Source of the DNA: Candidatus Peribacteria bacterium
Lineage (GTDB): Bacteria; Patescibacteriota; Gracilibacteria; Peribacterales; Peribacteraceae
Length of the DNA: 64,000 nucleotides
Assembly: GCA_023245865.1 (NCBI GenBank)
Contig: JAHFJN010000001.1
Location: forward strand, 263,649-327,648
Direction of reading: 5' to 3'
A program made the position numbers and the translations under genes. Positions within the stretch are counted from its first letter, which is position 1; each line of letters starts with the position of its first letter. The notes under the pieces are model-generated. The model worked only from the letters and a program-made list of their open reading frames with translations, made no database searches and had not been told where the DNA came from. Shown here piece by piece: positions 19,776-27,812 of this stretch.

Positions 19776-20636
19776 ATGAGGCACGGATTTTTACTCATTG
19801 ATAAGCCAACAGGGCCTACCAGCCATGATGTCGTCTCGCAGATCCGGCGGAGCCTTCATGAGCCCTCGGTAGGGCATCTGGGAACGCTCGATCCCGCCGC
19901 ATCGGGTCTCCTTGTGCTTGCCATAGGGGCAAAGGCACTGAAAGTGATAGAATTTTTTCAGGATCTTTCCAAGGAGTACGAAGCATCCATTCGTTTCGGC
20001 GCGGTAAGTTCAACGTACGATCGTGAGGGCGCCATCGAGGCAGTGAAACCAAAGCCTGGCTGGCAAGTTCCGGACGAACTGAAACTCAGGCGCATCATTG
20101 AGGATCGATTGACCGGAGACATTGCTCAAATTCCCCCGGCCTTTTCTGCGATTCACATTGATGGCAAACGAGCACACGAGCTCGCACGGCGGGGAAACTA
20201 TGTGCATTTGCCTGCACGCCCTGTTCACATTGAAAAGTGCGACATACTCACGTACGAGTTTCCACATCTGTCGCTTCGTATAGCGTGCGGCTCCGGTACG
20301 TACATTCGCTCTCTTGCGCATGATTTGGGACAACTCTCAGGCTTCGGTGCCTACCTCGATAACCTTCGTCGAACGAGAGTGGGGGGGTGGAGGATCGAAG
20401 ATGCACACTCACCCGAGTCCGCAGCATGGGGAGATGTTATTCCATTAAAAGATGTTTTGTCCGCATTCAATGCCATCGAGGTGACCGACGGCGAGGAAAA
20501 AGATATTCGCTGCGGCAAAAACATTCAGCGTGAGGTAAAAGCGGAGACCTTCGCATGGCACGATGGACTGCCAATCGCAGTGCTCGTCCCGAGCAAGGAC
20601 GGGTCCCGCACAGCGCATCCGAGGAAGGTGCTGTGA
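19776..20636 (+). CDS. truB: tRNA pseudouridine-55 synthase TruB
   Basis: 286 aa: GFLLIDKPTGPTSHDVV..GHLGTLDPAASGLLVLAIG..QIPPAFSAIHIDGKRAHELAR. Confidence 0.92.
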   Translation: MRHGFLLIDKPTGPTSHDVVSQIRRSLHEPSVGHLGTLDPAASGLLVLAIGAKALKVIEFFQDLSKEYEASIRFGAVSSTYDREGAIEAVKPKPGWQVPDELKLRRIIEDRLTGDIAQIPPAFSAIHIDGKRAHELARRGNYVHLPARPVHIEKCDILTYEFPHLSLRIACGSGTYIRSLAHDLGQLSGFGAYLDNLRRTRVGGWRIEDAHSPESAAWGDVIPLKDVLSAFNAIEVTDGEEKDIRCGKNIQREVKAETFAWHDGLPIAVLVPSKDGSRTAHPRKVL

Positions 20637-20668
20637 TAACATTTCACCTAATCAGGGTCGTAAGACCC

Positions 20669-21028
20669 TTACTCCAAGTCATAGTCTAGATTAAGATTCG
20701 TTCTATTTGCCAATAGTTCTGCCACGGTTAAACGGAGGTAAAGTGCTATGTACCCAGGCTTCTCTGGTACAAGAGTTTGAGCTTCATGCGACTTTCTCAC
20801 GTTATACGCAGTACCAGAAATTGATTCTGCAGGAGATTCCATACCTAAACGAGCAACATCCTCTGGATTGCGTAGTTGCTTTGCGAGGGCATCAACCATT
20901 GGTTGTTTGCCTTTGTATGTTTGGACAAAAAGTTCACCTTCATCTTGTTCTATGGCAATGCAGGGTGTTCCATCAATAGACGTCGCTATTCCGATTCTGC
21001 CGAGCGCTCTGAAATTCTGATGCTCCAT
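20669..21028 (-). CDS. Hypothetical protein
   Basis: 119-aa ORF. On the minus strand, TTGACG (21057-21062), 17-nt spacer and ATTATC (21034-21039) lie 5 nt upstream of the ATG. Confidence 0.5.
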   Translation of the reverse strand: MEHQNFRALGRIGIATSIDGTPCIAIEQDEGELFVQTYKGKQPMVDALAKQLRNPEDVARLGMESPAESISGTAYNVRKSHEAQTLVPEKPGYIALYLRLTVAELLANRTNLNLDYDLE

Positions 21029-21090
21029 GGAGTGATAATATCACTTAATATAATACCGTCAAGATAGAATAAATGGCTTATGTTAGCCAA

Positions 21091-21166
21091 TGGTGGGCCA
21101 GGCGGGACTTGAACCCGCGACCAATTGCTTAAGAGGCAACTGCTCTACCAACTGAGCTACTGACCC
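21091..21166 (-). tRNA. tRNA-Lys (anticodon CTT), CCA encoded
   Basis: Reverse complement: GGGTCAG TA GCTC AGTTGGTA GAGC A GTTGC CTCTTAA GCAAT TGGTC GCGGG TTCAAGT CCCGC CTGGCCC ACCA. Confidence 0.9.
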
Positions 21167-21244
21167 GTGATTCGAGAGACCGACTGTAAAGGGTGAACAA
21201 CCGAGCTGCAATGATTTATTACGCCATCGCAAGCGATGGCTAGG

Positions 21245-21262
21245 CAACTGAGCTACTGACCC
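21245..21262 (-). repeat. Exact 18-nt copy of the tRNA-Lys 5' end (nt 1-18), 96 nt upstream of the gene
   Basis: CAACTGAGCTACTGACCC occurs at 21149-21166 (in the tRNA) and at 21245-21262. In the tRNA sense it is followed by hairpin GCCATCG-CTTG-CGATGGC (21223-21240). Confidence 0.85.
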
Positions 21263-21288
21263 ATTCCTTCCGTCATAGGATAATCACA

Positions 21289-22023
21289 TTACTTCATCTT
21301 CACAATCATCTTGTCCAGATCCTTCACTCTCACTTCGGCTCGTGCTTTTTGAGTCGCTGTGAATTCGGATAAAAGCTGGTGAAGAAGTGTGCTCGATTTT
21401 TCATCCCCGAGTTTTTCAGCGAGTGCAAACCATGCGTATGCCTCGACAATATCAGGCTTTGCTCCCTCACCCTTCGCATACATGACCCCGAGATTATACG
21501 CAGCTTTGCTGTAGCCCTGCTTGGCAGATTGCCAAAAGAGATTCAAGGCCTTGCCCAGATCCTGTTTCATGCCCTCTCCGCGATACTCCATCACGCCGAG
21601 ATTGTATGCAGACCGTTCGTTATTATTCGTCACACCCTTCGTAAACCACTCGATCGCCTTTTGATAATTCTGTGCGACTCCCTTCACTCCTTGGTAGTAC
21701 GTCATGCCGACGTTAAACTGCGCCATCGCGTCTCCACGATTTGCCGCACGTGTGAGCAGATCCACACCCTTCCTTGCATCCTGCGCCACGCCCGAGCCCT
21801 CCAGGTACATCATACCGAGATCAAATTGTGCAGACAGGTCACCCTTGTCTGCCAGTGCTTGGAGCTCACTGACGGACTGTGGCTTTTTCTCTGGTGGAGA
21901 AGCTTGAACATTTCCGGTGCCCGCTTTCGACGATTGCGGAGTGTTTGGCTGGCAGGCGGAAATCGCAAGCACAGAAATCAACGACAAAAAAATGATGCGT
22001 ACATCCATGCAGCAATCGTACAA
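21289..22023 (-). CDS. Sel1-like repeat (SLR) lipoprotein
   Basis: 244 aa. LAISACQP lipobox. Repeated units: AQFDLGMMYLEGSGVAQD, AQFNVGMTYYQGVKGVAQN, AYNLGVMEYRGEGMKQD, AYNLGVMYAKGEGAKPD. Confidence 0.8.
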   Translation of the reverse strand: MYDCCMDVRIIFLSLISVLAISACQPNTPQSSKAGTGNVQASPPEKKPQSVSELQALADKGDLSAQFDLGMMYLEGSGVAQDARKGVDLLTRAANRGDAMAQFNVGMTYYQGVKGVAQNYQKAIEWFTKGVTNNNERSAYNLGVMEYRGEGMKQDLGKALNLFWQSAKQGYSKAAYNLGVMYAKGEGAKPDIVEAYAWFALAEKLGDEKSSTLLHQLLSEFTATQKARAEVRVKDLDKMIVKMK

Positions 22024-23475
22024 CTATTGACGCAGTGCAGCAATCGTTTGCGTCACTGACGCGAGAGGAGCAGCAGAGGTGTCTGCGGCAATCGGAGCAC
22101 CGAGCAATTCTGCAATACCTCTACTGACGGGGTATTCCTTTGCAAGTGAGTGCGGCATTTTCTCATACCGAGACACGATCGTCTCGTGCCGGGTCGATCC
22201 ACTGCCGTACGTGACGGTGTTGTTCCAGCCAACTTCGCTGCTTGCGAGTGGGCGATTCCTTACGAGGAAGTTTGTCGGGGCGGTTGATGCAAAATACGGT
22301 CCTTCCAGCTGTACCATTCGACCATCCGGAATCCCGTACAAATCTACGAATGCTTCCTCTCCTACCGTGTGTCCGAGGAAAACCAGATCACCAGGTGTGT
22401 CATTCGTAAATGTCAGGTCCTGCTTTCCGGGGTACACAGTCGCGTCGATTCCCATGCCATATTGCTTGTAGTGGATCACGTACAAACTGTGATTTTTGCG
22501 CTCGTGAATGGGGAGTCCTGCCAGTACAACCGCACGCATCGTTGTCGTCGCTCCTTGGCAGATTCCTCCACCCGCTTCCGGCACCAAGTCGTGCCCGTTC
22601 ACGATCACGAGCGAATCCAGCCAACCATTTCCGTGCGTGATCGGGCCTCCGAGCGTTGAGTTGAACGAGAATACTTTGCCCATCGGCGCGATAGCACCGT
22701 TAATTTTTTCATTGATCACTTTGTGAACATTCTTGATGCGTCCGTACGGTGAATGTGAGAATTCTGATTTGCCCGTCGAGAGGTGGACAAGAGTCTGCGG
22801 ACCCTCCGCGCCGGGGTAGGTGATCGTTCCCAATTTATATTGCAGTGATACCGTGAGCTCTGCTTGATCGTTGCCAAGGGCAGACACCATCTGCTCTGCA
22901 ACCGAATCTACATCAAGTGTAAATCCGTCGACAGGATTTCCCTTCAGCTCCACACGCATGATCGTATGATCTTTGTACGTATTGCTGACAAGAGCATGTT
23001 GCACGATTGGGATCTGTCCAAGACTAAACTCTATAAGCGAAGCTGCAATCTTATCTTTGTTCAGGAAAAACGGATGGTTTGGTACGGATGCATTCAATGT
23101 TACCCATTCAGGATGCGCCTGCAGGTTTGTCTGCCACGTCACATCGAGTGGATGGTCGTTCCCTTCCGATACAAAATGAAGAGAAATTGTTTTCTTCAAA
23201 AATTCTCTGCGCTCCTGCACAGAGTACGTGAGTCTCGAAGCGGAAATGTCCGTGCCCAGTCGAGTTCGAATACGGTTACTGAGCCTACGTGCGACGCGCT
23301 GTGTTGAAGGATCCATGGGAACAATGAATTCCTGCAGCGGCCGGACTGCCGTGCGAACAATAGCCGCAATGCCTGTCTCTGAGGTCATATGGATCATCGC
23401 AGCTTGCATACACACAAAGACACCAAGGAACCCCAAAGTGTGACACTGTTGACTTTTATTTCTTTTTGTTTTCAT
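22024..23475 (-). CDS. VanW family protein
   Basis: 483 aa. C-terminal block FSFNSTLGGPITHGNGW..GGGICQGATTTMRAVVLAGLPIHERKNHSLYV..GIDATVYPGKQDLTFTND matches the VanW signature. It abuts the Sel1 gene with a 0-nt gap. Confidence 0.8.
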   Translation of the reverse strand: MKTKRNKSQQCHTLGFLGVFVCMQAAMIHMTSETGIAAIVRTAVRPLQEFIVPMDPSTQRVARRLSNRIRTRLGTDISASRLTYSVQERREFLKKTISLHFVSEGNDHPLDVTWQTNLQAHPEWVTLNASVPNHPFFLNKDKIAASLIEFSLGQIPIVQHALVSNTYKDHTIMRVELKGNPVDGFTLDVDSVAEQMVSALGNDQAELTVSLQYKLGTITYPGAEGPQTLVHLSTGKSEFSHSPYGRIKNVHKVINEKINGAIAPMGKVFSFNSTLGGPITHGNGWLDSLVIVNGHDLVPEAGGGICQGATTTMRAVVLAGLPIHERKNHSLYVIHYKQYGMGIDATVYPGKQDLTFTNDTPGDLVFLGHTVGEEAFVDLYGIPDGRMVQLEGPYFASTAPTNFLVRNRPLASSEVGWNNTVTYGSGSTRHETIVSRYEKMPHSLAKEYPVSRGIAELLGAPIAADTSAAPLASVTQTIAALRQ

Positions 23476-23503
23476 TTGATCGTATTATACCATATTTATA
23501 TTA

Positions 23504-24868
23504 TTATGCAATCATAATCTTCCTTTGCAATCCTCCTAGCCCCAGGGCCACAACGCTTGCTAAAACCACGAACAATGAATCAAACGCCGCTCCTGTCGAA
23601 GGAAGCTCAGCGACAACACCCGATTGGCCGACCGTCACGCGTTCGTTGAGGGAAAGGTACCGAAGGTCACTGCCGGAGATACTTGCTGCATTATCAATGA
23701 TAGATCCGCTTTGCAGATCCGAGGCAATAAGCATCGTGTACGTGCGCTTCCAAACCTCCCCCGGCTGCAGCACAGGAAGATTCCACGTGATTTGTCCATC
23801 ACTCGACAGATCTCCACCAGCCGCACTCACCACACTCATTTGAGTAGGATCAAAGCGATCAGTGACGACGGCATCGGCGATTGCGTGTGTCATAACGTTC
23901 TGGACATAGACGGTGTAGTGCACTGTTCCGCCCGGCACCACCTCATTCGTGTCCGAAATTTTACGAAAGAGAATCTTGCGTGCAAGCTCCATTGGTTTCT
24001 GCTGAACAGGAGCATCATCGAGTTCGAGTGTGGGCTTCTCGGCCGTAAACCGATTTTGATACGGATACCACGGTACGATGTTTGTATTGTCCGAAGCGGA
24101 AACTCCACCCACTCTCGCCATTGCGTGGACGTACGTGTACGGTGTCAAGTGACGCCGAATCATTGTGTGAATGTGGAATACCTTCTTTTCATTCGGTCCA
24201 AAGGAGATGCTCGGCCATGTGATACTCGGATATGTATTGATGGATCCCTCGGGGTCCATGCTCTGAATACCAAGCAAATCAGACAGCGAGACAGAAACAT
24301 CTGTTTGTCTGGCATATTCGCTCGTATTGAGCACCGTAACAGTGTAATCGAGCGTCTCTCCCGGTCGTGCGGTTTCCATACTATCCGTAATACTGACGCG
24401 ATACGTATTATTGGTGAAAGGCGCGCTGCCAACGGCTGTGACATCTGTAGCGCTTGATCCCTCGGACTCTGCGCGTGCAAAAATCTGTGTGCCCTGCGTG
24501 AGGTTCGGAAGCAAGTTCACGTTCACGGCAAGAAGCATCGGGTAGCCGTCCTGCACGGTAACATGGTCCCAACGAATCGTATTTCCTCTCCTGTATCCTC
24601 CGTTATCCGCACTTACCGTGTTCGCTTCAGGAGGAATGACGAATGTCACATTCACGTCGCGGTTATAGCTGTAGTTCTGCTGCAGACGAATGATGTAAAC
24701 GAGGCTTCCGCCCGGTGCCACCACATCCTTACCATCGCCCAATGTTATAAAGAGAGGGGCGTTTTGGGCTGACCCGGACCTCGCCTCAACGAAGAGGAAT
24801 CCTGCTACGAGGATCGCTGCCAATGCCGTTAGGAGGCTCAACTGATTGAGGAGGGGCAAGCGCTTCAC
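23504..24868 (-). CDS. Cell-surface repeat protein with a C-terminal LPXTG-type sorting signal
   Basis: 454 aa, GTG start, N-terminal signal peptide. It has repeated beta-sandwich-like units (..GETLDYTVTVLNT.., ..GGTVHYTVYVQNV..). The C-terminus is ELPSTG plus a hydrophobic stretch plus RK. Confidence 0.8.
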   Translation of the reverse strand: MKRLPLLNQLSLLTALAAILVAGFLFVEARSGSAQNAPLFITLGDGKDVVAPGGSLVYIIRLQQNYSYNRDVNVTFVIPPEANTVSADNGGYRRGNTIRWDHVTVQDGYPMLLAVNVNLLPNLTQGTQIFARAESEGSSATDVTAVGSAPFTNNTYRVSITDSMETARPGETLDYTVTVLNTSEYARQTDVSVSLSDLLGIQSMDPEGSINTYPSITWPSISFGPNEKKVFHIHTMIRRHLTPYTYVHAMARVGGVSASDNTNIVPWYPYQNRFTAEKPTLELDDAPVQQKPMELARKILFRKISDTNEVVPGGTVHYTVYVQNVMTHAIADAVVTDRFDPTQMSVVSAAGGDLSSDGQITWNLPVLQPGEVWKRTYTMLIASDLQSGSIIDNAASISGSDLRYLSLNERVTVGQSGVVAELPSTGAAFDSLFVVLASVVALGLGGLQRKIMIA

Positions 24869-24897
24869 AAGGGGATGGGTGAAAGAAAAAGGAGAGC

Positions 24898-24926
24898 ATT
24901 AAAACAGAGTAAAGTATTATTGTCAA
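24898..24926 (-). promoter_or_regulatory. Putative promoter of the LPXTG-VanW-Sel1 gene string
   Basis: Minus strand: TTGACA (24921-24926), 17-nt spacer, TTTAAT (24898-24903). Confidence 0.5.
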
Positions 24927-25002
24927 ATATAATCTCAAAATAACTCAAATCAGCCTTTCTACTGTCCCATAGGGAGAGGGCCTGGGTAAGGGAAGCCACC
25001 CG

Positions 25003-25218
25003 TTACTTCGCCACAAACGCCGTCGCCCCGAGCCACGCCAGGTCGAAGACAGCCTTCATTGTCCGTGCAAATGTCGGGCTCTCCATAATCACGCCAAGCA
25101 GTTCATCTTTATTGAGCGACACCACTCCGAACGTGTCACCCTGAGCTCGCCGAAGGGTGGAGGCAGTGTGTGATACAATTATGCTCATATGCAGAAAACC
25201 TGCACTCACTGCAGTCAT
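25003..25218 (-). pseudogene. Probable C-terminal remnant of a TrmB-like regulator (paralog of 26934-27707)
   Basis: GDTFGVVSLNKDELLGVIMESPTFARTMKAVFDLAWLGA aligns by eye with ADTVALFAYDDELTIVKVENQNFADMFQKIFECLWERA at the C-terminus of the intact regulator. It has the same position and orientation relative to a Cys-rich paralog. The N-terminal wHTH part is missing. Confidence 0.4.
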
Positions 25219-26886
25219 GCATTCGAAGTCACGGATGATGATCTAAAATTCTATGACAAAGTTTCACCGGTGATTGCTGGTAGAAAGTTTGCAATTCCCG
25301 CACCCGTTGAGTGCTATGACTGTCGCCAACAACGTCGCCTTGCAATGCGTAACGAGAGGAAACTTTATTCACGAACATGCGATCTTTGCCATGCAAGCAT
25401 TATTTCCAACTATTCTCCGGACAAGAAAGTGACGGTGTATTGCCCTGCCTGTTGGTGGGGAGATTCCTGGAGCGCACTGTCATTTGGTCGAGACTTCGAC
25501 TTCAATCGTCCATTTTTCGAGCAGTACCGCGAGTTATCACAGAGTATGCCAAAAATCAGCAGCATCACACTCGGTGATAATATCAATAGTGACTACACAC
25601 ACGATGGCTACCGTCTGAAAAATTGCTATTTAATTTTCGACGGAGAACAAGCGGAGGATTGTTACTATGGTGAACTCTACGGACTTATCAAGGATTGCTG
25701 CGACTTTTTGTACGTGAAGGAGTGCGAGCTTTGTTATGAGTGCATCCACTGCAACAAGTGTTTTGATCTGCGGTTTTCCCGCTATTGCAATAATTGCTCA
25801 TCCTCTTGGTTTCTTCTCGATTGTAACAGCTGCAAAAACTGCATCGGCTGCACGAATCTCGTGCAGAAGGAATACCATATTTTCAATCAGCCATATTCGA
25901 AGGAGGAATTTGAATCAAAGAGAGTCGCAATGCGACTTGATACGCACAGCGGTGTAGTGGAACTACGGAGGAAGGCAGAGGACTTTTTCCTCACACATCC
26001 CAGGCGCGCGACACGCGGATACATGAACGAAGATGTCAGCGGCGATAATCTGAGTGAGTCAAAAAATACCTTCGATTCATATGATTGCATGGGCATGCGT
26101 GATTGTCGTTACTGCACCAACTGCATGATGGGCTGCAACGACAGTTATGACATCGATGCATGGGGCACTGATACTGCGAACTGTTACAATTGTGCGTACG
26201 TTGGGGCCGGGGCTCAGAACATGCTTGGTTGTTTCTATTGTGGATTTGGTGTCAGCAATTTATCTTACTGCATTTTCTGCTTACAGGGTGGTAAGGGAAG
26301 TTTGTTTGGATGTGAGGCGATTCGTAAGGAAGGATACTGCATCTTGAACAAGCAATACTCCCAAGATGAATATGAAGAGATGGTTCCTCGCATCATCGAG
26401 CATATGCAGAAGACAGGAGAATGGACGCAATTCTTTCCTTTGACCATGTCCCTGTTTGCGTACAACGAAACCGTTGCAAATGATTATTTTCCCCTAGCGA
26501 AGCAAGAAACACTGAACAGTGGCCTGCAGTTGAAGGAGACCGATGATCGTATGCCTGACGTGGAGAGAGTGATCAACGCATTGGAGCTTCCTGACTCGAT
26601 CAACGATATTCCCGATGACATTCTAAACTGGGCAATCCGCTGTGATCAATCTGGGAGACCGTTCAAAATCCAAAAGGCGGAGCTTGAATACTATAGAAAA
26701 ATGACCATACCGCTTCCACGAAAACACTTTGACATTCGTCATGCGAAACGGCTCGCATTACGCCCTCCAAGGAAATTGTGGAATCGACAATGTACGAAGT
26801 GCCAGAAAGTGATAGCAACCAGCTATGCGCCGGACAGTCCAGAGATTGTGTATTGCGAATCTTGCTATTTGCACCTTGTTTATTGA
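25189..26886 (+). CDS. Cys-rich protein with zinc-ribbon-like N- and C-terminal caps (paralog 1), unknown function
   Basis: 565 aa: CTHCSHAFEV..ECYDCRQQRRLAMRNERKLYSRTCDLC..VYCPACWW at the N-terminus, a dense Cys central region, and CTKCQKVIATSYAPDSPEIVYCESCYL at the C-terminus. TGATACAAT (25171-25179) lies 9 nt upstream of the ATG. Confidence 0.8.
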   Translation: MQKTCTHCSHAFEVTDDDLKFYDKVSPVIAGRKFAIPAPVECYDCRQQRRLAMRNERKLYSRTCDLCHASIISNYSPDKKVTVYCPACWWGDSWSALSFGRDFDFNRPFFEQYRELSQSMPKISSITLGDNINSDYTHDGYRLKNCYLIFDGEQAEDCYYGELYGLIKDCCDFLYVKECELCYECIHCNKCFDLRFSRYCNNCSSSWFLLDCNSCKNCIGCTNLVQKEYHIFNQPYSKEEFESKRVAMRLDTHSGVVELRRKAEDFFLTHPRRATRGYMNEDVSGDNLSESKNTFDSYDCMGMRDCRYCTNCMMGCNDSYDIDAWGTDTANCYNCAYVGAGAQNMLGCFYCGFGVSNLSYCIFCLQGGKGSLFGCEAIRKEGYCILNKQYSQDEYEEMVPRIIEHMQKTGEWTQFFPLTMSLFAYNETVANDYFPLAKQETLNSGLQLKETDDRMPDVERVINALELPDSINDIPDDILNWAIRCDQSGRPFKIQKAELEYYRKMTIPLPRKHFDIRHAKRLALRPPRKLWNRQCTKCQKVIATSYAPDSPEIVYCESCYLHLVY

Positions 26887-26933
26887 GCATTTACTTTCAC
26901 TATCATTAATTAATATATGATAGTAAATATGGA

Positions 26934-27707
26934 TTAGTTCTTTCCCGTATTTTTAGTCACTGGTGCACGCTCCCACAAACACTCGAAGATTTTTTGAAAC
27001 ATATCTGCGAAGTTTTGGTTCTCGACCTTCACGATTGTCAGTTCATCGTCGTAGGCGAAGAGTGCAACAGTATCGGCGAAAATCACCATCTCAGAAATAA
27101 ATTGCATCTCTGTGGGCAGCAGTCGGATCTCGTATTCGTCATCCTGTGGGATCTCCTTGATGTACCGCCGCGCTCCTGCATTGTCGACGAAGAGCTCGCG
27201 TCCGCGCAGTCGCGCTTTACCAAACAACAGGGGCACGACGTTTTGTCCGAATGCGTTGAACATCACTTCAGCGTTGAAGAACGCGCAAAAATCTTTCTGG
27301 AGCAGCACGTCACGGTACACCTGCTTCATCCCGTCGATGCCGTGGAGTGTCGTCACACGAGGGGGGCTGACGAGGGAGGGAGTCAACGATTGGAGGTAGG
27401 GAAGAGCTGATTCAAGCAGCATCTGCGTTTCACTCCACTGCTTCTCTCGATCTTTGGCATAGTGCACTAGTCTGTGGACGGGTTCTGCGATGAACTGCAG
27501 GACTTTGCCGGATTCAATATGGGAAACGAGAGCCTTCTCTTCAAGACTCTGGAGTACCAAATACGTATGACTGCGTGATTGCTTGGATGCCTTGGCGATA
27601 GCGCTTACGCGCCCGCTTTTCATGGCAAGCAGTGCTAAGTAGACCTCGACTTCTTTGTCATCGAGTCCAATGCGCTTGAGCAATGGTCGAATCGCAGAAT
27701 GTTGCAT
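26934..27707 (-). CDS. TrmB-family transcriptional regulator
   Basis: 257 aa. N-terminal wHTH: LLKRIGLDDKEVEVYLALLAMKSGRVSAIAKASKQSRSHTYLVLQSLEEKALV, plus a TrmB-like C-terminal domain. Confidence 0.8.
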   Translation of the reverse strand: MQHSAIRPLLKRIGLDDKEVEVYLALLAMKSGRVSAIAKASKQSRSHTYLVLQSLEEKALVSHIESGKVLQFIAEPVHRLVHYAKDREKQWSETQMLLESALPYLQSLTPSLVSPPRVTTLHGIDGMKQVYRDVLLQKDFCAFFNAEVMFNAFGQNVVPLLFGKARLRGRELFVDNAGARRYIKEIPQDDEYEIRLLPTEMQFISEMVIFADTVALFAYDDELTIVKVENQNFADMFQKIFECLWERAPVTKNTGKN

Positions 27708-27727
27708 TTGTCTATAATTATAGACAA
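27708..27727. promoter_or_regulatory. Perfect 20-bp palindrome, candidate operator with two face-to-face TATAAT boxes
   Basis: TTGTCTATAATTATAGACAA starts 1 nt upstream of the regulator ATG (27707). TATAAT reads on the plus strand at 27713-27718 and on the minus strand at 27717-27722. Confidence 0.6.
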
Positions 27728-27812
27728 TATGAGTTTAATTGTAAAGTATGCTAATAATTGACTCTTGATGTAGGCCATTTACAAATGTCAATAAATGTTC
27801 ATAATGATGGAC

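Noticed and set aside
21379-22059. 226-aa plus-strand ORF
   Set aside because: It is antisense to the Sel1-repeat gene, and its product is Cys/Arg-rich low-complexity. The same reasoning applies to 23624-24457, 45609-46274, 52719-53477 and 36102-36677, which are antisense to the LPXTG, gapA, SBP and membrane-protein genes respectively.
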